A stretch of 64,000 nucleotides of DNA from Epiperipatus broadwayi (GCA_028023455.1 JAQFVV010000002.1:22816001-22880000), one strand, 5' to 3'. Positions 25,778 to 37,369 are shown, counted from the stretch's first letter. Program-made: numbers and translations. The notes: generated by a model from the sequence alone, not told the origin.

Positions 25778-26550
25778 GAACAATTCAAAACAAAGCAAAA
25801 CTCTCCATACAGTAGTGCCATCCTGTGCCAACGAGAGCAATCAATGGATGCCAGAAGGCTTGAGCATAGAATCCCTATCCAGTGCCTACTCATCCAATAT
25901 CCCAGACTAGTTTCTGGCTTGTGGCCTTCATCAGTGAGGAGCCTTGGATCTTAGAGCACTGCACCTAGATCTTAGGATCCAATGCAACCCTCTAGCAGCC
26001 ACCTTTTAATTCTACTTAACTACAAAACTATGAGAATGAAATTGAAAACACAATAATATTTTCAATCCAAGCTCAATAGCTCATATAGTCATGTGATGTT
26101 TAGTGATTTAACACCAATCCTACCTAATAGGATAGTGGTGGCTATGGTTGTTAAAGAGCCAAAGTCACCAAAATGTATGGGTGCTGAATTGAGTTCAGAC
26201 CCATGTGAGCTATTGAGCTTGGATTCAAAATATTATTGTGTTTTCAATTTCATTCTCATAGTTTTGTAGTTAAGTAGAGTTAAAAGGTGGCTGCTAGAGG
26301 GTTGCATTAGATCCTAAGATCTAGGTGCAGTGCTCTCAGATCCAAGGCTCCTCACTGATGAAGGCCACAAGCCAGAAACTAGTCTGGGGATATTGGATGA
26401 GTAGGCACTGGATAGGGATTTATGCACAAGCCTTATGGCATCCATTGAATATTCTGGCTTGCACTGAGCGATACTACTGTATAGAGAGTTTTGCTTTGTT
26501 TTGAATTGTTTAATAACAATTATGTGCTAGTATGAGATAGTGATCATGTG
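25778..26550. mobile_element. HHR retrozyme family 1, most complete fold-back insertion (copy e)
   Basis: An antisense arm 25778-~26087 is followed by a full 455-nt sense monomer (tcatgtg at 26089 to tcatgtg at 26544). The 12-bp TSD ctattaagaatt is at 25766-25777 and 26551-26562. Confidence 0.9.
26349..26390 (+). ncRNA. Type I hammerhead ribozyme, family 1 (best copy)
   Basis: Stem I is tcctca/tgggga and extends via atccaa/ttggat and ctc/gag. The core is CTGATGA..GAAA, stem II is ggc-cacaa-gcc, stem III is the palindrome ACTAGT, and the GUC site cleaves after 26384. A second copy is on the minus strand at 25900-25940. Confidence 0.85.
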
Positions 26551-26639
26551 CTATTAAGAATTAGTTATATTTTATATACATTGGAACTGTACAACATTGA
26601 AATAGTGTCTAAAAAATATCTGCCATTCTTTCTAAAAAA

Positions 26640-26950
26640 AAACCAAGTTTTTCTGAGATGTTATAACAGATATCACTCAGTGATCAAGAATGATTCGTTC
26701 ACTCCATGGTAATCAAATCTGATGGTCGGGGCTGCTATTTAACACCATTTGAGCTGTACGGGTCCTGAATTGGATTGTTATCTTGGAACTGGCCATGTTG
26801 TTTTGCAACAATGTATGCATCATGGACTGAATTTAGTTTTTTCAAGTAATCTGCTTATGTAAAGGAATAAATAGGCCAAGAGAATACTATGATGGCTGAC
26901 ACCAAATTATTATTGTTCCATCACTTTGTCTCACAGATAAGAGAGAGGTC
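26640..26950 (-). mobile_element. Tc1-like transposase fragment
   Basis: The minus strand has QFQDNNP..(*)QPRPSDLITME, resembling FQQDNAP..WPARSPDLNPIE. Confidence 0.55.
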
Positions 26951-27329
26951 TGATCTATAGGCTTTTTTTTCTTACTGTTATTTATTAACTTGTTTTTATG
27001 ATTATGTAATAAACCATTCCCATCAAAAAGTAGTGACTTTGAAATGGCAATTTGGCACTAAATGAGTGCTAATAAAGTTTACAGGAAATTGTTTTGGAAG
27101 ATGCTGATGCATTTAGATGTGAGTTGATTCTACTGTGGTCTTGGATTTATATATATAATTCTTTGTAATATCCATCAATTTCTCCTAGGAAAATACGTCT
27201 GTTGATGATTTTTTTCAAATTATATATATATATGTAAAAGAAGTCACATTTTTAGCTTTAATTAAAGAGAACTGGCACAGAAGATTGATTGAATAAAAAA
27301 ATGTTATCAGGGATGATATTACGCAGATA

Positions 27330-27620
27330 ATCAAATAGTATTGGCAGAAGATGAGGACCTAAAATTTATGATTAATAAAATGGAGAAAGAGTATCATCAT
27401 GCAGGTGTAAAAATGTCAATAATTAATACAATATTAGGAAATATTAAGCTGATATTGGAAGATGAGATTGAAGGTCTAGAAAAAGGAAATGATAAAGTTA
27501 TTTGGAAAGAATGAAGAAAATAAGCAAGAGGATTTATAGAATTCTGATATAGAGTATGATGCAGTTTGGAGCAGAGACCTGGAATGGAAGAGTAATAAAG
27601 AAGTGGGGAGCAGAGATATG
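27330..27620 (+). mobile_element. RTE-like LINE fragment, decayed
   Basis: Decayed RT-type reading on the plus strand (YADNQIVLAEDEEDL..INKMEKEY..GVKM). Confidence 0.5.
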
Positions 27621-28379
27621 GATTGTAAGAGAAATAAAGAAAAATTATTTGCAAAGTGAACTTATTAGAAAAGTATAATTAAGTTTTAATTTTTCTTTTA
27701 AAAAAAATTTTCACCTACATGATGGAAATACAGTAATGTCATGTATAACTACATGCTAAATGATATCATCACATATCTTCAGACCATTATTATTAAGTAA
27801 AAGTAAGAGAGTAAAAATAAATCAAATAAGTAGAGAAATAAGGTATATAAGAAAAATAATGTTGGAAATATGATATACAAAAAACTGCCTTCATGATTTG
27901 AAAAATCAGGAAATAGAAAAGATTTCATATAAAGTATTAAAGTCGATACCATATTAAAGCTGCTAAGATAATGTAAATAAAACTGTGAAGTAGGAGTACG
28001 GGATCTGAGAAGGGAGGTATCTAGAAAATAATAGTGACTGAGTGCATAGAAGCTACGGCAACTGTGAAAATTTCTTAAGAAGAGCCACAATAGCTTTTAT
28101 ATTCCACTAATATGAATCTAAGCATTTGTTAAATATTAAGTTTGATAGATCGCATTGTGTTAAAAAAAAAAATCTTTCATTAAAATTGTATTCAGATTTA
28201 TATGTATTATAATGTCATAATCTCTTTGTTCTTTAATCTGTTAATTAAATTTGTGAGGGAGAAGGGAAGCATGCAATTTTTTTTTATATGATTATCATGT
28301 GTTTTATGTATTATTATTATTTTTAAAATTAGGATTTATTAGTCAATTAGAAATATAGGATGAATACAATATATTTTTA

Positions 28380-29228
28380 TGGTTATTAAGCATTGTATCT
28401 ATGGTTTATCTTGTGTTTAAACCTCCAGCGATATCTGATTGAGCTTGAGGCTGTGAGGGAATGTTCATAATTGAGAGTTTTTGGATTTTTTGGAGTGGAA
28501 TGTACAGGTTTTGCCCAGATATCTTTAAATATCCCCATAGGAGCTACTATTCGGTCTCTTATCTTAATTTTGTCTGTGATCTTACAAAATGTAGAGATTA
28601 AATCACACTTATTATTTTTGAAGATTGATTGACATCATAATAACCAGATGGCATAAGCGATGAAGACTGCCATTCTGGTTACAGGGAAGTGTTCTTTATT
28701 ATAGTAGCTTTGATTGAAAAAAATTTCCCTAGGATTAACATTGGTACAAGCTATGATGAATTTTCTGATAGGGTTCAAATATTGACATGTATGAAGGACA
28801 TGTTCAATGGTCTTTTCTTCATATTTGCAAAGTTGACATGTTGAATTTATTTTGGTAAAATCTCTCTCTGTGACCAGAAAATGGTTTGTTGGCAGTGCAG
28901 TGAGGTTTAATTTGATTATGAAGTCCAGATATTTGGACTCTCCCAGGACAGATGGGGAATTTGAGTCACTGTTTATAGCTAGGGCATAAGCACCCCAATA
29001 GGTGATTTTTTCTTTAAATGGGGTAGACTTGTATAGCCTTTTTAACATAGTCCCACGTAGCATTGAGCCATTTACTTTTAAATGGTGGAGGAGTGTCCGT
29101 AGGGTTCCCAAGGGAGAAAATTGACTATTCAGAAGCATATTATTTAAGGATTGTATCGTGTTAATTGTTTTTTGTAAATAATAGGTAGAGACCAAGTGAA
29201 GGGCTAAGCCGTTAAGCTCTTTGGGCAT
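28380..29228 (-). mobile_element. L1/Tx1-like LINE 3' end with zf-RVT-type cysteine motif
   Basis: ORF 28635-29228 reads LDFIIKLNLTALPTN..CQLCKYEEKTIEHVLHTC and is homologous to 46381-46635. Confidence 0.75.
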
Positions 29229-29735
29229 AAGTTTGTGAAATAGTAAATTATGTTATTTGATATTCCTTTATTTAATGCTCGGAAATTATTGAATTAGCCC
29301 TTTTGGGTTTTGCATTTTGATATAACAAATTATTGAGATATCATAAATATGTTAATTATATTAACTCATATTTAAAAAAATAAACTTTAAAAATTACACT
29401 AGTAGAATTGTGCAATATAGATGGTTGATAAAATTGTCTATTGACTTCCTGCATTTTAATTTACTGTATTTTAACTTTATTTATTTAGTTACTAACTTAC
29501 TTTATTAAAAATGAATTCAACTTACTGGTATTTAAGAAAATACTAAAAGATAAAGTGAAGAATACAGTTCAGATTAATTTGATAATGAAATATTATAGAT
29601 AGCAGAGGAAGTTGAATGGGATATAATTATTCAGTTCAACTTTCTCCACTATCTATAAAACATAATAAAATATTAATAGAAGATAAATATAATTTTGTAA
29701 ATACGTTCTATAATTTTTTTTTTTTGTCTTTATAG

Positions 29736-29896
29736 ATGAGCAAGAATTGATCAAAGAATTGCAGTCACTTCCTGTTCGCTCTGATACCAGACGATTAATT
29801 GAATACAAAAAGGATTTAGAAAGAAAACTTACTGAAATTGAAGAAGCTATCAAAATTTTCTCTAGATCAAAAGTATATGTTAAAAATGATGCTTAG
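29736..29896 (+). CDS. ENKD1: Last coding exon of the ENKD1-like gene
   Basis: A polypyrimidine tract ends in tatag|. Phase 1 fits the upstream exon (A+AT = Asn). It translates NEQELIKELQSLPVRSDTRRLIEYKKDLERKLTEIEEAIKIFSRSKVYVKNDA*, with the enkurin-domain C-terminus EEAIKIFSR.KV.V. Confidence 0.9.
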
Positions 29897-30543
29897 TAGA
29901 CAAACTTTTTGATACATATCAATATGTAAATATGAACTCTATAGCTGCCTGAAAGAGATTACTTTCTCTGCGTTCAAGAAGTACTGATATTTTTTTAAGC
30001 TTAGAGACAACAATCCAAACATCACTTATTTTATTTGTAATGGAATATCTTTTGTAAAATAGTTCTAAATATATTCATAAATACTTGATTTAAAAACAAA
30101 ATCAATCTAACTTTTTTTTTATTGAAAGAACTCTGATCTATTTGAATAGTTGGTAATAACTTATTTTATTAATATTATTAATTAAAGGGTATACAGTTAC
30201 CAAATACTGACAAAAGTTAATTATAATATTGAAATAGATAAATATTTGAATAACCTACTAAAAAAATCATTATTATTGTTTCTAATGTTATGTTATATTG
30301 ATAATAAATAAGAAAATAGCTTTTCAGAAATTTTTATTTTATTTTTATTAAAAAATAAATTTATTTTGGATGTTTACATGAACTATGATACATAATGTTA
30401 CTTGAAATCAAGGATTCATAGGTGTCCCACTGCATTGCTCTGCCCACACAAGGGACCAAGTCCTATACAGTCCTGTGCTTTTACCTGTGCTGGCACACCT
30501 CAGTGCAGAAATATTTGTTAAAAGATTTTTTTTTTTACAAAAA

Positions 30544-30882
30544 TAAACAGCCTTAAACTGTTGCACATGCGCTTTGGATTTTAACTATAAAATGAATGAA
30601 TACTAACACTTCAAACACATGATAAAGTCTTTGGAAAAGATAGAATGGGCATCTATCTTTTCGAACCCAAACGCTTTTGTATGGGCGAATCTTAAGTGTT
30701 TGAAAGTGAAAGCGTGAAGATATTAAATAATCACTTTAAATTACTATTACATGCTTGAATGAATGACGCTGGTGAAATTTACTAGAATTTACGATACGTC
30801 ATTCTTATATGAAATTAAATGTATGTAAATAAGTTTTATAGTTAAAATCCAAAGCGCATGTGCAACAGTTTAATGCTGTTTA
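30544..30882. mobile_element. MITE with ~48-bp TIRs and TA flanks
   Basis: aacagccttaaactgttgcacatgcgctttggattttaactataaaa and its near-perfect reverse complement ending at 30880, with TA on both sides. Confidence 0.8.
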
Positions 30883-31472
30883 AATATTAAAAATTAATTT
30901 ATGTAAATAATCAAGAAATTTTTACTAGTGCAGTGCCAAGCTGTAATTCTAAGTAGAAGGGAATCAACCTTTCACACATGGGCCATACTATAATGTTAGC
31001 GATGTTAAATAGGAGTAAACTCTTGATCCAAGTAACAAGGTAAGATTTTGAAAAGAATGGCCTTCTTATCTTCATGCTTAAATGCAATTTTGTAAACAAA
31101 TCTTAAGCATCTTGGAACAAAATCATAAATATATTAAATTAGTCACTTTACTTACATTTCTTTTTTATATTCTTTAAAGTCCTTTTTTCACTGAGATTTC
31201 ATTTTCTTTTTGAATTTACTTACAAATATTCAGTGTAACTGAAAAAAAGTTTTTATGATCTCATTATTCTTTAATATTGACACAACATTTGTTTATTATC
31301 TAAAAATGAACAAAAATAAATATACTTTTATAGAAATTGCAAAACCTTTTTCTCACATATACAGTCAAAACACATTTTTTATACACATAGTTAAAAGAAC
31401 TTCTCCTTATCACTCTTTCATTTAAATAGTTTCTAATTCTATGAATTTTTAACTTTCCTTATGCACTTGTAT

Positions 31473-31842
31473 TTAGATATAAGCACTTGGAGATGCAAGT
31501 TAAGAAAAGTTTGAAAATTGTTTATTGGGAAGTGAGATATGAACTCCCTCAGGGTGGGATTTTATATATGTACATTTAATGCAATTCATTAAGCATGCTT
31601 TCAATATCTGGTAAGCCATATCATAATCATAGCAAAGCGTTTGCAAAGTCTAGAGAAGTCTTTAAATTATACGGACACATCACTATGATTATATTATCAC
31701 TTACAAAATATTGAAAGCATGCTTAGCGGATTATACTAAGTTTATATAAAAAAAACTACCCTGAGGGAATTCCTATATCTCACTTCCCAGTAAACAATTT
31801 TCAAGCTTTTCTTAACTTGGACTTCTAAGCGCTTATATCTAA
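31473..31842. mobile_element. MITE-like element with long imperfect TIRs
   Basis: ttagatataagc..gggaagtgagatat..ccctcagggt..aagcatgctttcaatat is mirrored at the right end. Confidence 0.72.
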
Positions 31843-32559
31843 TTAAATAATTTTTGTAACTTACATAATTTATGAATTGTTATCATACTTAACATGGACT
31901 TTTTTGAAAAATTGTTGATTATTTGCTGTTCTTAAAAAGTATTTCAAATGATATAGATACATATAAGGCCTTAACCTTAAAATTATGTGCTTTTTTTAAA
32001 CACTCGAAAGGCACATAGGTTAAAGTTTATATGTGTTGACTGTGCGCTCAAATGATATAGGTTTATAGATATTAATTTTTATTAAGTGCATTGTCAGCAC
32101 GTAATACTTAAATAAGGCTAAAACTTTAGTACATGTGCCTTGAGTGCTTAATTTATTACAAGAGAGACTTCTACAAATCTAAACGCAAGATTCAACATTA
32201 TAAAGGTAAGAGTGGCCACTCTTATCTTCCAACTTTTTTTTCGAATTATATAGGCAAATCTAAGGCATTTTGATTTTGGGAGTGTGAAGCTAATAAATTC
32301 TTCACTGATTCTAAGTCCACTATTTCTGTTAAACATTAACGATAGCAAAATCTTTCGATTTACAACAAATTAATAGAGCAATAAAAGAAAACAGTCTTCT
32401 TTTTTTTGTATTAACACTATAAATGAAATGGTTTAAATTGTTTATATAATTTATTTAATAATAACTGAAAAGTTTTTCAAATAATATATATATATGAGAT
32501 TTTGCATTCACTTCCATAGCAACAAAAAGAAATACTACGGTTTAAACAGCTTCCTCACT

Positions 32560-33962
32560 TATGATAAAGTAGCCAGGCCGCCAAAATCCTGTCAGAACCC
32601 CCCCCACCCCTGACCAGGTTTCGTGCTTTGGCACTCCTCAGAGAGGTGTCAGGGTAGGTTCAGACACTAGATCTAAAAATACCAACCCAAAGCTAAGCAC
32701 TTAGCTAAAAGTTATCTATTGAGTGAAAAGTCTGAAATGTTCAGACATGTACATGTCTTCAAACCCAGCTATCCAACTCAAATAGCTATATGGGGCTGAT
32801 AGATCTTCAGCCATGCCATATAGTAGTAGTCATAGCAATATAAAATTGCATAAGACTGTTTGGCAGAGACTATAAATAGTCAAAATAAAAGTCATAGATC
32901 AATTCATAGATCACATGACCCTATCTCTTAAGCTTGTAAGTTATAAACAGTGAGGATTGCCAATTCCTCTACAAGCTTTATGATAAATGCTTAGCCAGAG
33001 CCAGCACTTAAAATATCTCTGTCAGGAACCCCTCCCCAAACCCCTGACCATGGTTTCGTGCTTTGGCACTCCTCAGAGAGGTGTCAGGGTAGGTTCAGAC
33101 ACTAGATCTAAAAATACCAACCCAAAGCTAAGCACTTAGCTAAAAGTTATCTATTGAGTGAAAAATCTGAAATGTTCAGACATGTACATGTCTTCAAACC
33201 CAGCTATCCAACTCAAATTTGAGTTGGATAGCTGGGTTTGAAGACATGTACATGTCTGAACATTTCAGATTTTTACTCAATAGATAACTTTAGCTAAGTG
33301 TTAGCTTTGGGTTGGTATTTTTAGATCTAGTGTCTGAACCTACCCTGACACCTCTCTGAGGAGTGAAAACGAAACATGGTCAGGGGTTTGGGGAGGGGTT
33401 CCTGACAGAGATATTTTAAGTGTGGTCTGGCTAAGCATTTATCATAAAGCTTGTAGAGGAATTGGCAATCCTCACTGTTTATAACTTACAAGCTAAGAGA
33501 TAGGGTATGTGATCTATGAATTGATCTATGACTTTATTTTGACTATTTATAGTCTCTGCCAAACAGTCTTATGCAATTTTATATTGCTATGACTACTACT
33601 ATATGGATGGCTGAAGATCTATCAGCCCCATATAGCTATTTGAGTTGGATAGTGGGTTTGAAGAATGTACATGTCTGAACATTTCAGATTTTTCACTCAA
33701 TAGATAACTTTTAGTAAGTGTTAGTTTGGGTTGGTATTTTTAGATCTGATGTCTGAACCTCTGACACCTCTGAGGAGTGAAAGAGAAACATGGTCAGGGG
33801 TTTGGGGAGGGGTTCTGACAGAGATATTTTAAGTGCTGGCTCTGGCTAAGCATTTATCATAAAGCTTGTAGAGGAATTGGCAATCCTCACTGTTTATAAC
33901 TTACAAGCTTAAGAGATAGGGTCATGTGATCTATGAATTGATCTATGACTTTTATTTTGACT
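32560..33962. mobile_element. HHR retrozyme family 2: tandem 435-nt monomers in a 1.4-kb palindrome
   Basis: The period is 435 (tcgtg at 32621 and 33056) and the inversion centre is ctcaaa|tttgag at 33217/33218. There are four hammerhead cores. The right arm is rich in small deletions. Confidence 0.85.
33041..33081 (-). ncRNA. Type I hammerhead ribozyme, family 2
   Basis: The reverse complement reads cctct CTGAGGA gtgc caaa gcac GAAA ccatggt C agggg. Stem II is perfect, stem III is the palindrome ACCATGGT, and the site is GUC. Confidence 0.88.
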
Positions 33963-34011
33963 ACGTAAGTATTTCTAAATCAAATAATTTTCTTTGTTAC
34001 ACAAATAGACT

Positions 34012-34250
34012 GATTACATAAGGGATTTGAACACAGACTTTCAAGCTTCCTTCAGCTATCTGCTCTATGTCATAAAACATACACATGTATAAAAGATAAA
34101 TGGTCTCCAATTTATGTATTTCATGTTGAACCAGCACTCATCAGTTGGTACAGATCATAATCTTCCACACACATATGTAATCAGTGCCTAGTTATAGAAC
34201 GGATAGCTGAAGGAAGCTTGATTGTCTGTGTTCAAATCCCTTATGTAATT
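34012..34250. mobile_element. HHR retrozyme family 3, fold-back fragment
   Basis: ~55-bp inverted termini (attacataagggatttgaacacagac..ttcagctatc). A slightly degenerate core is on the minus strand at about 34110-34150. Confidence 0.78.
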
Positions 34251-35357
34251 AGATAGCTCCACATATATAAATTATACTTGTATAATCAAATATTAAATAA
34301 ACTGACAGTATATTTATTTTTTTACAGTTATATTAGTAGTAAAATAGTCAAAAGAAGTGAATATTTTGAAAGTCAACTAAGCAAATTATATTTATTAAAT
34401 TGACATTTAATATAAGTTGTTTTTTCCCATAATTTGTTAATTATAATAAGTAGCATCATTATATAATTATATATGTATTAATTGGCATTGATCTTACTTA
34501 ATTTTAATATTTATATATTAAATAAATAATGATTCTGATCTGTTCTCCTTCACTATCTAATACAACCAACTTCAAGCCAAAATAGATATGATTTTAGCAC
34601 TAATTAATTTTTAGTCAGATATCTTATAAAACTGCCCTGAATCAATTGAATGTTAGGATAAAATCAATTTATATATTTAGTCAATTTTAATTTATATATA
34701 AATGGAATGGATTATATTATTACGTTAGAGTGATGTAGTACGTGTATATATAATATACAAATTTACCACGAGTATGCATCCATTTCACAACAATCACCTT
34801 ACAAAGAATATTATAGGTGTATTTGATTTTATTAAATTTTTAAGTGTGTTTATAATTATTTTTAAACAAATAAAAAGTGTTTATAACAAAACGTTTATGG
34901 TGGATGAGTGCATGGTGAAAAAAATATATGTAATATAACCAACCCCAAGATACAATAAATATTATTTCACCACTATTTGATATTTCATCAGATATTTTGT
35001 AAATGCTAACACATCACTAAACAATGATGTGTATCCATTCAGAAAATAACATAAGGTGTACTTATAATAAACAAAACGATTTATAAATCACGTAACTTGC
35101 TATAGCTTGCATTTTATGATCACAGATGGAGCTTTACCAATATCTCTGAACAAGCTTGTGTTTGTATATGAAAAAGATCTGGTTGGCCATTAGTTGTCTT
35201 AGGAGCTATTAAGATAGATTTTTCCTGTGTCTACAAGTATGAATCCGAAAGTTAAAGGATTAAACATAAATGATAATTATAATTTTTAGAAATATATCTA
35301 GTGTAATAGAAGATCGGGTAAAAATGTGATCCAAGAATCACTCAATTTAATATATAT

Positions 35358-35719
35358 ATCAAAATTACCCCAAATGCACAACTCAGCTAAGAAAATAAAC
35401 TCTAAAATACTACCAATGGTTCCACTGCTACAAGCAGACTTCTCAAGTATAAAGAACTACAAAATAACATATTTAAACTAAACATTACCACCAATTAAAG
35501 AATCTTTATTATTAAAAACTTATTTAAAAGTTATTTTAATATTAAGGGTGTATGGGACGTAAGTGAAATTGTGGGTAATGTTTAGGTCAAATAAGTTATT
35601 TTGTAATTCTTTACACTTGAGAAGTCTGCTTATAGCAGTGAAACCATTGGTAGTGTTTTTAGAGTTTATTTTTTTGACTAGTCTGGTTGGTTGAATTGTG
35701 AATTTGGTGTAATTTTGAT
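35358..35719. repeat. ~140-bp imperfect inverted repeat pair
   Basis: The arms are about 35358-35495 and 35566-35719 (e.g. agcagacttctcaagt / acttgagaagtctgct). Confidence 0.7.
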
Positions 35720-36613
35720 TTGTTTAGCTTTATGCTTTTAATTGTATATATATATGGGCAAATATAGATACATGTATATACTAGAACATGAGCACTTAGA
35801 ATTATATCTAATTCTTGAGTATCATATAAATAATATTTACCTAACTTGATATCTGCTGAGTTCCTCTATCCATTATCTTTAGCTTATGATGGTTACAACA
35901 TATTGGAAATGTAGATCCAAAGACTCAAGCTAATTGTTATATTAGTAAGAATAATAGAACATGATGATGAGGTTGTATACTATTCCATCATAATTGTTTG
36001 TGAGGTTTTATTAATATGAAATACGATATATAAATAGGTGAATGAATGATTGAATTGAAATTAAAACCATCTGGTAAATAAAACAGTGCTATAAACAACA
36101 AAAATTTGAATAACATCAATAAAATAACTAAAAAAAATAAATGACTAAATATCTTTTTTTTACTATTTTCGAAAGAAATAAAATAATTAAAAGTTTCCAC
36201 TAATTTTGTGTCGATCAAAAATAAAATGTTCCAGTGGCCAGGTTTACACATAAATTTACTCAAGAGACAAGGCTACGTATTAAATTGTATTCTCAAATCA
36301 TTCTGGTTGTATTTTGGATGTGATATAATGTTTATGAATACTGAATATTTTAAACTGTTTCTTGCTTAAATATTCTCTTTTAAAACATTAGCGTTGCAGA
36401 TTAAAATGTTTTAACAATATCAGTACTTTGCTTCACATATAAAATATGTACAAATATACCCATTCATGGTACAAAATGGCAGGTACATTGTATATAAATG
36501 TGTAAGATATTTTTGTATATATTAAGCTTAATAGTTGAACTAATTTATTTATTAATCAAAAGATTTTGAAAATAATAAAAAATATATTGCATAATTCAAC
36601 AAAATTTAATTTA

Positions 36614-36892
36614 AATCAAACATCACATGATCATCATTCTTTATTGTTGGACCCAAAGCTTTATACTTAGCTAAAAATAAAAGGAAGCTGCTATTGTATT
36701 AAATCCTAAGATCTAGATACAGTACTCTCAGATTGAAGGCTCCTCACTGATGAAAGCCACAAGCTAGAAACTAGTCTGGGGATATTGTATGAGTAAGAAC
36801 TATAGGGATTTTATGCACAAACCTTCCTGCATTCATTCATTACTCTGGCTTCCACTGAGTGGTGCTACTGCATGGGGAGTTTTGCCTCTGTA
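36614..36892. mobile_element. HHR retrozyme family 1 (subfamily B), 5'-inverted insertion (copy g)
   Basis: A ~30-nt antisense 3' stub is followed by a sense arm ~36650-36892. The 14-bp TSD caaaatttaattta is at 36600-36613 and 36893-36906. Confidence 0.85.
36741..36782 (+). ncRNA. Type I hammerhead ribozyme, family 1
   Basis: tcctca CTGATGA a agc cacaa gct a GAAA ctagt C tgggga. Stem II shows the compensatory change GGC/GCC to AGC/GCT. Confidence 0.8.
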
Positions 36893-37113
36893 CAAAATTT
36901 AATTTAGAAGTGATATTTCATTGATTCTTTGATAAATGCATGCTTCTTAATATCTGTTAAGTATGTTTTGATGAACGTAATATTTATAGTTGCACTTTTT
37001 GTGTATGCGTTGTGTAATGCTGACAAGATTATCAGATTAAAGCAATCTTAATATTTTCTCAAATCTTTCAATATACATGTTTCTTTTTTTTTTTTTGAGT
37101 TGATATTTTGTAC

Positions 37114-37211
37114 TTTTTTTTTTCATATGTCAAATGTGTTGACTAGGAAGCGAACCCGGGCCAACTGCTTGGAAGGCAGCTATGCTAACCACTAGGCCAC
37201 CAACGCTTGAC
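37114..37211 (-). mobile_element. tRNA-Gly(TCC)-derived mini-SINE, subfamily A
   Basis: The tRNA part is 37135-37206 with a tttgacatatg + A-tail. A ~16-bp TSD gatattttRYactttt is at 37102-37117 and 37213-37228. Confidence 0.82.
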
Positions 37212-37369
37212 AGATATTTTACACTTTTGTATGATTTCACCTCACTCATTGATAACACGACAAAGATATTTACTTTTTTGGTGAAAAATTACACTTCTGA
37301 ATATTTTCTGACCATATTAAAATAAACATCAGCTTTGAAACAAATAATACCATTTTCTACCACCGACTC

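Larger units (their letters stand above)
2152..29735 (+). other. 27,584-bp GT-AG intron of the ENKD1-like gene
   Basis: GTAAGT at 2152 and TAG ending at 29735; the flanking exons join in frame with continuous ENKD1 similarity. Confidence 0.8.
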
